Positions 1 through 10,275 of a DNA stretch of 64,000 bases are shown in pieces. The first letter of the stretch is position 1. Every line of letters starts with the position of its first letter. Under the pieces are notes generated by a model. That model was not told where the DNA came from. It saw only the letters and a list, made by a program, of their open reading frames with translations, and ran no database searches. This DNA is from an uncultured Acidobacteriaceae bacterium (GTDB lineage Bacteria; Acidobacteriota; Terriglobia; Terriglobales; Acidobacteriaceae): the NCBI GenBank assembly GCA_963737435.1, contig CAVTSI010000004.1, positions 40,975 through 104,974 of the forward strand, in the 5' to 3' direction. Position numbers and translations under genes: made by a program.

Positions 1-1
1 T

Positions 2-259
2 TTCACCAAGATCTTCGGCCTGGGATCGCCCCCAGCTGCGCTGCCGCCACCGACAACCAATGGCGTGGTCCAGCTCGCACCGGGCGGAACTCCAGTCCAA
101 GGCGCTTCCAGCCAGCCTGCTGCGGGCCAGCAGCCGCTACCGAAAAAGAAGCGGGGCTTTTTGGGCCGCCTCTTCGGCAGGGGAGACAACGCAGCCCAGC
201 AGCAAAATAGTGGGACGGACAACAGGTCAGACAAAGGGAACAATCCCGGCCCCAAATAG
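2..259 (+). CDS. 3' end of a gene starting upstream of the window; Pro/Gln/Gly-rich low-complexity tail, function unknown
   Basis: Frame 2 is open from base 2 to TAG 257-259 (FTKIFGLGSPPAALPPPTTNG...KKKRGFLGRLFGRG...). No recognisable domain. Confidence 0.3.
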   Translation, partial: FTKIFGLGSPPAALPPPTTNGVVQLAPGGTPVQGASSQPAAGQQPLPKKKRGFLGRLFGRGDNAAQQQNSGTDNRSDKGNNPGPK

Positions 260-298
260 GTCTAATATGGAACAATACTGGACTCTGGAGGTCCGGCC

Positions 299-1099
299 AT
301 GGCCCGTCTCCGATCGCCACGGACGCTGCTGCCGCTAAAGTTGTTCGTGATCTTCCTGCTTGCCTTCCCGCTGGGCCTGTTGGCCGGCGAGGGACAGCAG
401 GCGAACCCACCGTCGCCGGTCCCCGATCCCACTGCTTCCGCCAAGGATTTGGAAGATCATGGCGACCTGTTGAGGGCCGAAAAGCGTTATCTCGATGCCC
501 TCGACTTCTACGCAGCGGCAATTGCAAAACATCCCACCGCGCTTTTGTGGAACAAGGAAGGCATGGCGTACTTGTTTCTGCAAAAGTATCCCGAGGCGAC
601 CAAGTGCTTTAATCGGGCCATTAAGGCGGACAAGAACGCCCCAGAAGGCTACAACAACCGCGGCTACATGGAACAGCGGAACCAGAATTTCAACAAGGCC
701 ATCCGTTACTACAAGAAAGCCCTGGCATTGCAACCCAACGATGCCGTATTCCACTACAACCTGGGAAGTTCGTACTGGGGGAAGCACCAGTATGATTTGG
801 CCGCACAACAGTATCACGCGGCCTATGCACTCGACCCAGACATTTTCAATCGGGTTTCGCGGATTGGGGTAATGGCTCAATCCGGTTCGCCCGAAGACCG
901 CGCCGCGTTCTCTTTCATGGTCGCCAAAATGTACGCTCAAGCGGGCGACCTCGATCACTCGTTCGAGTATCTGCGCAAAGCCATGGAAGAAGGCTATAAG
1001 AACATCAAGAAGGTGTACACCGACTCCGAGTTCGCCACCTTGCGCACCGACAAACGCTTCGAAGAGTTGATGTCGCAAAAACCGCAACCCATCCCGTAG
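299..1099 (+). CDS. secreted tetratricopeptide (TPR) repeat protein
   Basis: 266-aa ORF with a signal-like N-terminus (LLPLKLFVIFLLAFPLGLLAG). Repeated TPR-type units are present (AIRYYKKALALQPNDAVFHYNLG, AAQQYHAAYALDP). Confidence 0.8.
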   Translation: MARLRSPRTLLPLKLFVIFLLAFPLGLLAGEGQQANPPSPVPDPTASAKDLEDHGDLLRAEKRYLDALDFYAAAIAKHPTALLWNKEGMAYLFLQKYPEATKCFNRAIKADKNAPEGYNNRGYMEQRNQNFNKAIRYYKKALALQPNDAVFHYNLGSSYWGKHQYDLAAQQYHAAYALDPDIFNRVSRIGVMAQSGSPEDRAAFSFMVAKMYAQAGDLDHSFEYLRKAMEEGYKNIKKVYTDSEFATLRTDKRFEELMSQKPQPIP

Positions 1100-1107
1100 C
1101 CAGATCG

Positions 1108-1656
1108 ATGAGGAAGCCAGCCACAAAGAAGGCCGCTAAGAAAAAGGTCCGAGCCTCACGGGCGAAGAAAGCGCCGGCGAAGCAAGCCAAGCCGCGACGC
1201 ATTAAGCCGACCGCTGCCGCGGAGACCAGCCAAAAGCTCACCTTCAATCACGCCATGATCTATGCCAAAGACGTGGAGCGCAGCTTAGGGTTTTACCGCG
1301 ATCTGATGGGATTCAAGCTCATCGAAGACTTCCGCTACGAGGGCACGCCGGTGTATGCGCGCCTGCGCGCACCGGGCGGCGATGGCACCATCGCCATACA
1401 CCAGGCGGGCCCGGGCGTTCCCCTGTCGAGCGAAGGGGTGCGCTTGTACTTTGAAGTCGGCGATCTAGACGGCTTTTGCCGGAAGCTTCAGCAAAAGGGC
1501 TTTTACATCACCCAGTTGCCGCGCCTGATGCCCTGGGGCTGGCGCCACGCCTATCTCAATGACCCCGATGGCCACGAAATCAGCCTGTATTGGGCGGGTG
1601 AAAACCGCATGACGAAGACCGTGATGCAGGCCGCCAAGAAAGCTGCCCGGAGTTGA
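1108..1656 (+). CDS. VOC (glyoxalase/bleomycin-resistance) family protein with a Lys/Ala-rich N-terminal tail
   Basis: The core FNHAMIYAKDVERSLGFYRDLMGFKLIEDF...GVRLYFEVGDLDGF...WGWRHAYLNDPDGHEISLY is a typical VOC fold. It is preceded by MRKPATKKAAKKKVRASRAKKAPAKQAKPRR. Confidence 0.8.
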   Translation: MRKPATKKAAKKKVRASRAKKAPAKQAKPRRIKPTAAAETSQKLTFNHAMIYAKDVERSLGFYRDLMGFKLIEDFRYEGTPVYARLRAPGGDGTIAIHQAGPGVPLSSEGVRLYFEVGDLDGFCRKLQQKGFYITQLPRLMPWGWRHAYLNDPDGHEISLYWAGENRMTKTVMQAAKKAARS

Positions 1657-1725
1657 ACCCGGATCTGCTGCTAGTTCTTCCATTTTTGCCGAAGCGCGCT
1701 ACAATGGCGAACCGGGAGGCGTGCC

Positions 1726-4413
1726 ATGGAACCGGCAACCGCTGCGACGCAAGAGGGCGACCCTAAGTCTCTGATCGACCGTGCGTCCAATCTGGTGGGA
1801 ACTGACCCCCAGCAGATGCTGGCTGTGCTGGCTCGCTTCGAGGACTTGCACCCCGGTCCTGCTGAGCTGGCGGAGGCGTATTTCCTGCGCGGATGTGCGC
1901 TACAAAACTTGGGCCAACACCAGGATGCGGTGGACGCCTTCGCAAAAGCGCAGCCCGATTTTCCGGCGCAACTCAAGGACCCGGCGTTCTATTTGTGCCA
2001 GGCGATATCGCTGAATGCTGTATCGGAGCCCCAGAAGGCACTCGACGCCATCACACTCGCTGAGCAAACCTCCCAGCCGTTTCCCCAGGACGCCGTCGGG
2101 CGGGGAATCTTTTTCCTGCAAAAGGGAATCGCACTTCTGGGGGTGGGCAAGCCTGACCTGGCGTTGGAGGCGTTGCGTACCGCCGCGACACTGGTCCAGC
2201 CCGGATTGGCGGCCAGCAACTGCTGGCTGCAGACCGGACGCGCGCTCGACGCACTGGGTAAGTCTGATGAGGCTTTGCAAGCGTTTGACCACTCGCTGGC
2301 GGAAGCCCCGCCGGACCCGGCCGCGGCCACGATTCGGATCCTTGCTGCCTTCCAAAAAGCCAACCTATTGAACCGGTTGCGGCAAAACGAGGAGTCCTTG
2401 CAAGCCTTGGAAGCCGCGCTCGCTGATTTTCAGAAGAACCATCCAGCGGGGTTGCCGGCTGCCTTTGAAGCCACCTTGCTGATCAGCAAGGCGAATTTGC
2501 TCATCCTGCTGCGGCGCTACGACGAGGCGGCGGCCCCGCTCGAGGAAGCGGAAAAGGCCCGTCCCGAGTTGCGCACCGAGGTCTCGTTCTGGGCGCAGAA
2601 AGCCAACGCCTATTTCTACGCACGCCGCTTCGACGAAGCTCTGGCGCCTCCGCCGCCGGAAATCGCGAATCATCCCATGGTGCTGGCACTCCGTGGTTTC
2701 ATCTTTAACGCGAAGGGCGATTTGGCTAACGGCCGGGTGGAGTTGCTGCGGGCGGCCGCTTCCGCCGCGAATTGCGGAGACGATGCCATGGCGTGGACCG
2801 GCGTCGGGCTGGCCCAGTCGGGACTATTGAACTATCCGGCCGCGGTGGAGGCCCTGGAAAAATCGCGCCGCCTGAATCCTGCCCTTGCCGCCGCCGATCC
2901 TACGGCCACCTATGCGCTCGGCACCTCTCTGGTGGCCTTGCAACGGTTCGACGAAGCCTGGGAGGTGCTGAAGAATTTACCCGACACCGACGACATGCTT
3001 CTGGCGAAGGCCTTGGCGCTACAGGGCCAGGGCAAAGCTTCCGAAGCCTTGCAGATGATGGAGCGCATTGCGCCGCCTGTGCCTACGACTCCATTGTTAT
3101 CGGCGCTTTCCTACTGGATTGTTCTGGGCGCTCTGTTGGCCGCAGTTGAGCGTCCGGAGGAGTCGCTCCGGGCGTTCGTGACCGCCAGCGATCTGGCCCA
3201 ACAACCCGCCGGGGCGCCTCTCCGGCTGTCGGCCGCAGTCGGCCGGGCCAGCGCTCTGGTCAAGCTTGATCGCCGCGATGAAGCTGAGGATTTGCTGACC
3301 CGGGCCACGCTCGAGACTCCGGTGGTTGGCACGCCCCGGCCCGGCGCTGGCTGGTGGCTGTTGGCCGGGTTGCTGGCCGACAAAGAGAAGTTTGAAGACG
3401 CACTGCGGGCGATCAATCGCGCCCAGAGTTTGGAGCCCGACAACGTTGACATCCGCTTGAGCAAAGGAAAATACCTGCTGAACTTGGAGGACTATCGCCA
3501 GGCGCAGGATGTTTACAACCAGGTCCTGGCGGTGGTGAGCGGAGACCACGATCGGTTCGAGGCCCTGCTGGGGCAAGGCATCGCCTTTCACGGTCTCGAT
3601 CGGCATGAGAAGGCAATTGACGTACTCCGGGAGGCGTTCAGCCAGGCGCCCGATGATACTTCGCGCGCCGATCCCCGCCTCTGGGTCAACTTGGGCAAGT
3701 CCTACAACTCGCTCGACCGGCTCCCCACCGCCCTGCGCACCTTCCAGCAAGGCTGGCGGCTAGACCAGGGCCGGAAGAAATCCAACGATCTCGCGTTGGG
3801 GGTTTCGTCCATCTTCATTGCGCAGAAGCGCGACCGCGAGGCTGCGGATTTCCTGCAGGAAGCCGAACAACGGGTGGTTCCCCACCCTGACCTCGATCTC
3901 AATCTCGGCATTGCCCTCTACCGTCTCAAGCAAAGCACGGCCGCCAAGCAGGCCTGGCAGAGGGCCGCGGAGGCTGGGTCCCAGCAGGCCAGAGAGTATC
4001 TGGAAGAAATACCCAAGGCGGCCCCCGAACCCAGCGACTTGATGGGGTATTGGTTCGGTGACAGCGCGCCGCCCTGGCGCAGGGTCTTCGGGGGTTTGCT
4101 GACTTTCCTCATTCTGTTCGTGGCGGCGTTGCCGGTCATTAGCAAGGACGCAATTCATTGGCTGCGATGGCTCAATACCGGCGACAACTATAAATTAGGT
4201 TGGATCTGCCTGGTCCCCCTGGTGCTGATCTTCCTGGCGCCGGTGCTGACCAAAATCAGCTTCGGCCTAGGACCGGTCAAGCTCGAGGCCGCAACTCCGG
4301 GGGTCACCGCCAAGCCCAATATGGATGCGCTTCTCGACAAGCTACAGTCTGGCGCCGGTTTAGGTATATCTTCCAGTCCCAGCGGGAGCGTAGGCCAGTG
4401 GCCAAGGCCGTAG
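1726..4413 (+). CDS. large TPR-repeat protein with C-terminal transmembrane segments
   Basis: 895-aa ORF with many TPR-like helix pairs (AEAYFLRGCALQNLGQHQDAVDAFAKA; ALRAINRAQSLEPDNVDIRLSKGKYLL). Hydrophobic stretches FGGLLTFLILFVAALPVI and GWICLVPLVLIFLAPVL lie near the C-terminus. Confidence 0.8.
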   Translation: MEPATAATQEGDPKSLIDRASNLVGTDPQQMLAVLARFEDLHPGPAELAEAYFLRGCALQNLGQHQDAVDAFAKAQPDFPAQLKDPAFYLCQAISLNAVSEPQKALDAITLAEQTSQPFPQDAVGRGIFFLQKGIALLGVGKPDLALEALRTAATLVQPGLAASNCWLQTGRALDALGKSDEALQAFDHSLAEAPPDPAAATIRILAAFQKANLLNRLRQNEESLQALEAALADFQKNHPAGLPAAFEATLLISKANLLILLRRYDEAAAPLEEAEKARPELRTEVSFWAQKANAYFYARRFDEALAPPPPEIANHPMVLALRGFIFNAKGDLANGRVELLRAAASAANCGDDAMAWTGVGLAQSGLLNYPAAVEALEKSRRLNPALAAADPTATYALGTSLVALQRFDEAWEVLKNLPDTDDMLLAKALALQGQGKASEALQMMERIAPPVPTTPLLSALSYWIVLGALLAAVERPEESLRAFVTASDLAQQPAGAPLRLSAAVGRASALVKLDRRDEAEDLLTRATLETPVVGTPRPGAGWWLLAGLLADKEKFEDALRAINRAQSLEPDNVDIRLSKGKYLLNLEDYRQAQDVYNQVLAVVSGDHDRFEALLGQGIAFHGLDRHEKAIDVLREAFSQAPDDTSRADPRLWVNLGKSYNSLDRLPTALRTFQQGWRLDQGRKKSNDLALGVSSIFIAQKRDREAADFLQEAEQRVVPHPDLDLNLGIALYRLKQSTAAKQAWQRAAEAGSQQAREYLEEIPKAAPEPSDLMGYWFGDSAPPWRRVFGGLLTFLILFVAALPVISKDAIHWLRWLNTGDNYKLGWICLVPLVLIFLAPVLTKISFGLGPVKLEAATPGVTAKPNMDALLDKLQSGAGLGISSSPSGSVGQWPRP

Positions 4414-4616
4414 GGATGGCCTTTCGTTTAGGGCGATGGCTTTCAGCCATTCGTGCACACCAGCTCGGAAGACAGCTTGTGGTCGTGTGCTTCGCGGGCT
4501 TCCCCACTGTGAATATTCGACGAACGGTCGGCGAATCCTGCGCCTGGCACGCCAATTTGTGTTCAACTGGGGGCTGCCCCGTTACAATTAGGGTCTACCT
4601 GTAATCCCGACCCTTT

Positions 4617-6858
4617 ATGAGCACACCCGCGAAGGCCGCGCCATCCAACGCAAGACGAACCATTGTCCGCGCCACTCCTCGGTTCCCGGTGCATGTTCCC
4701 GCGCCATCTCCCCGGCAACTCGACGATCCCGAATTGTTCATCAATCGCGAACTGAGCCTGCTGGATTTTCAGCGGCGAGTTTTGGAAGAGGCGCAGGATG
4801 CCAGCAACCCGCTGCTGGAACGGCTGATGTTTCTGTCGTTTGTCGGATCCAATGTGGACGAATTTTTTATGGTGCGGGTGGCCGGCCTGAAGCGGCAGAT
4901 CGAAAAGGGCGTAGTGGACTCCGGTCCCGACGGCATGAGCGCCGCCGAGCAATTGCGTGCCATCCGCGCCTCGGTGATCCGCTTGTATCGCGGCGCCCAT
5001 GAGTGCTGGAGCAAGGAACTGGTGCCGGCGCTGGAGGGTTCGGGAATTCGCATCCTCGACTACACCGATCTCACTCACGAGCAGCGCGCGGTCGCGGACT
5101 CTTACTTTCAGGAAGCCGTCTTCCCTACCCTGACCCCTTTGGCCTTCGACCCCGGCCGCCCCTTCCCGCACATCTCCAACCTCAGTTTGAACCTGGCGGT
5201 GCTGTTGCGGGCGGGCGAAGGGGAGCAGCATTTCGCGCGCGTCAAGATTCCCGATACGCTGCCGCAGTTCGTTCCGGTGAGCGCCGCGCCCAAAGCCAAG
5301 AGCCGCGCGAAAACCACCCAAAAGCAGCAGTGCTTCGTCTGGCTGGAACAGCTGGTCACCGCCAACCTGGGGGCCCTGTTCCCCGGCATGGAGATTCTTG
5401 AGGCCCATCCTTTTCATATCACCCGCGATGCCGACAGCGAGATTCAAAACCTGGAAGCAGGCGATTTGCTGGAGTCGGTGGAGGAAGGCGTGTGGCAGCG
5501 CCGCTTCGCCGATGTGGTGCGCGTGGAAATCAATGAGGCGATGCCGGCTACCGTCCTCGACATCCTGGTGGAAAACCTGGAGTTGGAGCGCGACGACATC
5601 TACAAGCTGAGCGGTCCGCTGTCGCTGGTTCGAGTACGGCATCTTTGCCGGCTGGACCGTCCCGACTTGAAGTTTCCTCCCTTTGCTCCCGCTCTGCCGG
5701 CTGCCTTGGCCAAGGAGGCGGAAGAGGAAGATATCTTCGCCACCATCCGGCGCGGAGACATCCTGTTCCACCATCCCTTCGATTCGTTTCAGCCCATCCT
5801 TGGTCTTCTGCAGAAAGCCGCGCGCGATCCCAACGTGCTTGCCATCAAGATCACGCTCTACCGCATTGGACGGAACGCCCCGGTCGTCGACGCCTTGCTG
5901 GAAGCCGTGGAAAACGGAAAGCAGGTGGCGGTTCTGCTGGAATTGAAGGCGCGTTTCGACGAAGAAAGCAATATCGGGTGGGCGCGCAAGCTGGAAGAAT
6001 ATGGCGTGCACGTGGTGTACGGTTTGCTCGGACTAAAAGTGCACTGCAAGGCCGCGCTGATCGTGCGCAAAGAGGGCGACGCCATCCGCCGCTACGCCCA
6101 TCTGTCCACCGGCAATTACAACAGCATCACCGCGCAGCTTTATACCGACATCGGCATGCTGACCTGCGATCCGGCCATCGGCGCCGACTGCACCGACCTG
6201 TTCAACTTTCTTACCGGCTATTCGGCGAAAACCGCCTATCGCAAACTGCTGGTTGCGCCGGTGACGCTGCGCCAGCGTATGCAGGCGCATGATCGAGCGG
6301 GAAATTGAGCACCAACGCAGCGGACGCGGCGGCCACCTGATCATGAAGATGAATGCCCTGGTGGACAGAAAGATGATCCAGTTGCTGTACCAGGCTTCGC
6401 AGGCCGGGGTACGAGTGGACTTGCTGGTGCGGGGCATCTGTTGCTTGCGGCCGGGAATTCCCGGAATCAGCGACCACATTCGCGTCATCAGCATCGTCGG
6501 ACGTTTTCTGGAGCACAGCCGGGTGTTCTATTTCCGCAACGGCGGGCGCGAAGAAGTGTACCTGGGCAGCGCCGACCTTATGCCTCGCAACCTGAATCGC
6601 AGGGTGGAAGCGGATTTCCCCGTTCAGGACAAGAACCTGATTCGCGTGCTTCGCGACGAGATTCTCGGCACCTACCTCAAGGACAAGGCCAAGGCCCGGC
6701 ATATGAATTCCGATGGCAAGTACGTGCGCGATCCGGATTTCCAGAAGAAGGGTGCGTTGAACAGCCAGGAGGCACTCATTGAGCGGGCCATCAAGCGGCA
6801 GAAGTTGACTCAGGCTTCGCGAACCAAGCCGACGGTCAGTGCGACTGCACCAAATTAG
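4617..6858 (+). pseudogene. ppk1: polyphosphate kinase 1, reading frame broken by an apparent 1-nt indel near 6286-6290
   Basis: ORFs 4617-6308 and 6289-6858 together give a full PPK1. The N-domain reads FINRELSLLDFQRRVLEEA. The two PLD-like C-domains read HHPFDSFQPI...ITLYR and RGICCLRPGIPGISDHIRVISIVGRFLEHSRVFYF. The junction reads ...LRQRMQA / (M)IEREIEHQ in adjacent frames. Confidence 0.85.
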
Positions 6859-6984
6859 GACCGCCCTGGAACGGGCATGGGGGATTGGGATGCCGCTGAG
6901 CTCTCGTGAACTGGGCCGCCGCCTGCGGCCAGCATTGTGCGAAAATCCAGGCGCTCTGATTGCTATGCAAGTCGGGAGGACGTC

Positions 6985-7362
6985 ATGCGCGAAGTGATCG
7001 CCACCAACGACGGGCCCAAGGCTATCGGGCCATACTCGCAGGCCATCAAGGCTAACGGCCTGGTATTTCTCTCCGGACAGATCGCGCTCGATCCCGCGAC
7101 GCAACAGCTCATCTCTGGCGACGTAGCGGCGCAGACGGAGTGCGTGCTGCAAAATCTGGCAGGCATCCTCAAAGCCGCGGGCAGCTCGCTGCCACAGGTC
7201 GTGAAGACTACCGTCTTCCTCAAGAACATGTCCGACTTCGCCGCCATGAACGAAGTCTATGGCCGCTACTTCACCGAAGCGCCGCCCGCGCGCTCCACGG
7301 TCGAGGTGGCGCGTCTGCCCAAGGACGTGCTGGTGGAGATCGACGTCGTCGCGCTCGCGTGA
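6985..7362 (+). CDS. ridA: RidA/YjgF-family reactive-intermediate deaminase
   Basis: MREVIATNDGPKAIGPYSQAIKANGLVFLSGQIALDP...TTVFLKNMSDFAAMNEVYGRYF...ARSTVEVARLPKDVLVEIDVVA is the canonical RidA signature. A GGGAGGA Shine-Dalgarno lies before ATG 6985; the ORF track starts earlier, at 6937. Confidence 0.85.
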   Translation: MREVIATNDGPKAIGPYSQAIKANGLVFLSGQIALDPATQQLISGDVAAQTECVLQNLAGILKAAGSSLPQVVKTTVFLKNMSDFAAMNEVYGRYFTEAPPARSTVEVARLPKDVLVEIDVVALA

Positions 7363-7398
7363 CGGGAAGCTATCCTGAATCTCACCGATCGCATTTAC

Positions 7399-8220
7399 GT
7401 GGCCGTGCATGTTGCGCTGACCGTGCTGGTCTGCGCGCGTCACCAACGCGTGGAGCACTGGCCTTGGTACGTCGTTTGGAATCTCTGCGCGATTGCAGCA
7501 ATCTTACTGCTCGCCCGCAAGTGGCACGGCCACCCCGGTTGGGAGTTTGCCCACGACTGGCTCCCGGCACTCTTCTTCATCACTGTCTTCGAAGAGGTGT
7601 CCTATCTGTCGCTAGCGCTTCGAAGCGAGTGGCAGAGCTTTCACATTGTTGCGTTCGAATCGTTGTTGTTCGCGCCGCCGGTTTCGTGGATGCACCGCCA
7701 GGCCGCGCCATGGCTGGTCCAGTTCCTGGAATTCGGCTACTTTGCTTTTTATCCACTGTATCCGGTTATCGGAGGTCTCTTCTGGATCTGGCGTGGACGC
7801 CAGCCGGTTGCGAATGCATTCCGCCGGCTGACGGACGCGCTTAGCGTGGGATATTTAATCTGTTACGTAACCTATCTTTTCTTCCCGACGCGCAGCCCCG
7901 CCAACGCTTTTGGAGTGCAACAATTCGGCAGCGGGCAAGGAGGTCTGTTCCAGAGTTTGGTGTACCTCATCCAAAACCACGCTGGCGTCCACGGGAATGC
8001 GTTTCCCAGCAGCCACATCATGCTGGCATTTGTGGTCCTGATGTTTGTGTACCGATTTCTGCCGCGGCTCGCACCTTGGCTGCTATTTCCGATTCTGCTC
8101 ATGTGCGTGGGCGCGGTTTACGACGGTTATCACTATGCCAGCGATGTGATCGTTGGCGCGTTGCTGGGGACCGTGGCGGGACTGGCGTTCGCGCGCCGCG
8201 AAACAGACGTGTTGCATTAG
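7399..8220 (+). CDS. PAP2-family membrane phosphatase
   Basis: Multi-TM ORF with PAP2 motifs: FPSSH and GAVYDGYHYASDVIVGALLG. Confidence 0.7.
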   Translation: MAVHVALTVLVCARHQRVEHWPWYVVWNLCAIAAILLLARKWHGHPGWEFAHDWLPALFFITVFEEVSYLSLALRSEWQSFHIVAFESLLFAPPVSWMHRQAAPWLVQFLEFGYFAFYPLYPVIGGLFWIWRGRQPVANAFRRLTDALSVGYLICYVTYLFFPTRSPANAFGVQQFGSGQGGLFQSLVYLIQNHAGVHGNAFPSSHIMLAFVVLMFVYRFLPRLAPWLLFPILLMCVGAVYDGYHYASDVIVGALLGTVAGLAFARRETDVLH

Positions 8221-8354
8221 CGAGATTAGGACCTACGCAAGATGGAGCGACCCGTGTGCCGTCCCTGAGGGGACTCTCGCTAACGCCGCGCTTCCGTCGC
8301 TGGGCTAATCTCTTTCTCCCAACCCAAAACGGGTTCTCACAAACCCTTCCTCAC

Positions 8355-8389
8355 AAAAAGACAACCCTCTCGACCGCCGAGAGGGTTGT
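8355..8389 (-). terminator. rho-independent terminator downstream of rpmB
   Basis: 12-bp perfect stem ACAACCCTCTCG/CGAGAGGGTTGT (8361-8372 and 8378-8389), followed on the minus strand by CTTTTT. Confidence 0.6.
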
Positions 8390-8410
8390 AACTTAAAGAA
8401 ACGAAGAGGC

Positions 8411-8599
8411 TTACGCCTTGGTTACTTTGCCGCTGCGCAGGCAACTGGCGCAGACCCGCATACGCTTGTTACCAGTCTTGGTCTTGGCGTGCACCGGGCG
8501 CAGATTGACGTTCCAGCGCCGCCGGGTGACGTTGTGCGCGTGACTGATGTTGTTGCCGAACTGCGGGCCTTTGCCGCAGATTTCACAAACTTGTGCCAT
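8411..8599 (-). CDS. rpmB: 50S ribosomal protein L28
   Basis: [39 protein letters not shown]... is the typical L28 sequence and length (62 aa). Confidence 0.92.
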   Translation of the reverse strand: MAQVCEICGKGPQFGNNISHAHNVTRRRWNVNLRPVHAKTKTGNKRMRVCASCLRSGKVTKA

Positions 8600-8730
8600 G
8601 TCAACTCCAGAAAATTGCCAGACTGGCTGGGTAAATATCTATGATACCTGACCGAGCCGATTTACGGCAACTCGCCCCCGCCTGACTCCTGCTGACACCT
8701 CGCACCTCTTCCGGTGCTACACTGCGCGCA

Positions 8731-9621
8731 GTGGCCAAAGAATTCCCCAGTTCGGCAACTGTCAGCGAAGACGACGTTGTCACGCTCGGCACGCTTTACC
8801 TGGTCGGCACCCCGATCGGCAATCTGGAAGACATCACGCTGCGCGCTTTGCGGACCCTGAAGGAAGTGGACCTCATCGCCTGCGAAGATACGCGGCAAAG
8901 CCTGAAGCTGCTGAACCACTACGGCATCGAGAAACCCACCATCAGCTATCACGAGCACAACGAGCTGACCCGCGCGGCTGAGCTGGTGGTGCATCTGGAA
9001 CGCGGCGACAACATCGCCATGGTGAGTGACGCCGGCATGCCCGGGGTAAGCGACCCGGGCTACCGGCTGGTGGCGCTGGCGGTGCGGCATCACATTCGCG
9101 TCGTGCCCATACCCGGGGCATCGGCGTTTTTGTCGGCCCTGGTCGCCAGCGGCTTGCCCACCGATTCCTTCCACTTCGGCGGCTTTCTTCCGGCGAAGGA
9201 AGGGGCGCGCCGCACTATGCTCGAGGTCATTCGCAGCTCACCGCGCACCCAGATCTTTTACGAGGCGCCGCACCGCATTGTCGAGACGCTGCGTGACATC
9301 GTGGACATTCTCGGGCCGGAACGCCACGTGGTGATGGCGCGCGAGGTGACCAAGCTGCACGAGGAATTTCTTCGCGGCGGCGCCGGCAGCGTGCTGACGC
9401 AATTGCAGGAGCGCGGGGACATCCGGGGTGAGATCACGCTGCTGATCGGCAAAGCTGACGACAACGTCCCTGCGCCAGCCTCGAGCAAGAGCATTGCGAA
9501 GCGAATTCGAGAACTGATGGCAGCCGGGCAGCTCGACGAGAAAGCCGCGCTCAAGCAGGCGGCCAGGGAGTTCGGGCTTTCCAAGAGCGCGACTTACCGG
9601 GAGTTCCAGAGAGACAAGTGA
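8731..9621 (+). CDS. rsmI: 16S rRNA (cytidine1402-2'-O)-methyltransferase
   Basis: LYLVGTPIGNLEDITLRALRTLKEVDLIACEDTRQSLKLLNHYGI and the rest of the tetrapyrrole-methylase-like fold. Confidence 0.9.
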   Translation: MAKEFPSSATVSEDDVVTLGTLYLVGTPIGNLEDITLRALRTLKEVDLIACEDTRQSLKLLNHYGIEKPTISYHEHNELTRAAELVVHLERGDNIAMVSDAGMPGVSDPGYRLVALAVRHHIRVVPIPGASAFLSALVASGLPTDSFHFGGFLPAKEGARRTMLEVIRSSPRTQIFYEAPHRIVETLRDIVDILGPERHVVMAREVTKLHEEFLRGGAGSVLTQLQERGDIRGEITLLIGKADDNVPAPASSKSIAKRIRELMAAGQLDEKAALKQAAREFGLSKSATYREFQRDK

Positions 9622-9629
9622 TCTTTGAG

Positions 9630-9733
9630 TTGTCATCACGAACCGACTTTAGTCGGTGAGGGATCTGCTGTTTTGTCCTTCCGTGTTCCAAGCACCGACA
9701 AAAGCAGATTCCTCGCTTCGCTCGTAATGACAA
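9630..9733. repeat. about 100-bp imperfect inverted-repeat (hairpin) element of the GTCAT(C/T)ACGA..GAATCTGC type
   Basis: The left arm TTGTCATCACGAACC...GAGGGATCTGCTGTTTTGTC pairs with the right arm GACAAAAGCAGATTCCTCGCTTCGCTCGTAATGACAA. It lies immediately after the rsmI stop. Confidence 0.6.
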
Positions 9734-9903
9734 TTTCCAAGGCTCGGACTTTCCCGACACAACTCGACAACGAATCAGCCTCCCTCGCCATTTGACAATC
9801 GGGACAGCCATGCTCAACAATAGCGGGCAAGTTGGTACTTGGGGCATTGGCATAGATCCACCGGTTCGATATCCCTCAGACCGAATGTCCACGGGCAATC
9901 CTC

Positions 9904-10269
9904 ATGGCGAAAATCCTCTGCGTCGATGACGAGCCGCACATTGTCACGCTGAAGTGTGCCATTCTCGAGGCCGCCGGACACCAGGTGACGCCCGCCACCT
10001 CCGCTCACGAAGCTATTGAAAAGCTGGAACTCAACCACTACGACGCCGTGGTCACCGATTGGCGGCTGGGCGACTCCAACGGCCGCGCCATCGTGCAGGC
10101 CGCCAAAATGAATTCCACCATGCCGGTGGTGGTGGTGTCGGGTTATGTAGCCGAGGCCTTCCAGGCTGCTGAACCGCTGGCTGACCTTTACCTGGAGAAG
10201 CCGGTCAACCCTGAGGAGTTGGTAACCATCGTCAATGAGCTGCTGAAGACCAGCGAACATCCGCAATAA
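9904..10269 (+). CDS. single-domain response regulator (CheY-like receiver)
   Basis: KILCVDDEPH...DAVVTDWRLGDSNG...VVVVSGY...YLEKP carries the full acidic pocket, phospho-Asp, Ser/Thr and Lys set. Confidence 0.85.
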   Translation: MAKILCVDDEPHIVTLKCAILEAAGHQVTPATSAHEAIEKLELNHYDAVVTDWRLGDSNGRAIVQAAKMNSTMPVVVVSGYVAEAFQAAEPLADLYLEKPVNPEELVTIVNELLKTSEHPQ

Positions 10270-10275
10270 GCGCCG

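Noticed and set aside
3-527. 174-aa minus-strand ORF at the window start
   Set aside because: The composition is Arg/Pro/Gly/Ala-rich with no motifs. It overlaps the plus-strand tail ORF and the TPR gene start.
4563-6011. Long ORFs antisense to real genes (examples: 335-1126, 4563-6011, 6211-7458, 15593-16666, 16916-17554, 19761-21065, 41451-42449, 44699-46183, 55337-56434, 58891-59655, 63127-63984)
   Set aside because: They mirror well-supported genes on the other strand. Their products are Arg/Gly/His/Ala-rich with no motifs. This is the usual stop-codon-poor shadow effect in high-GC DNA.
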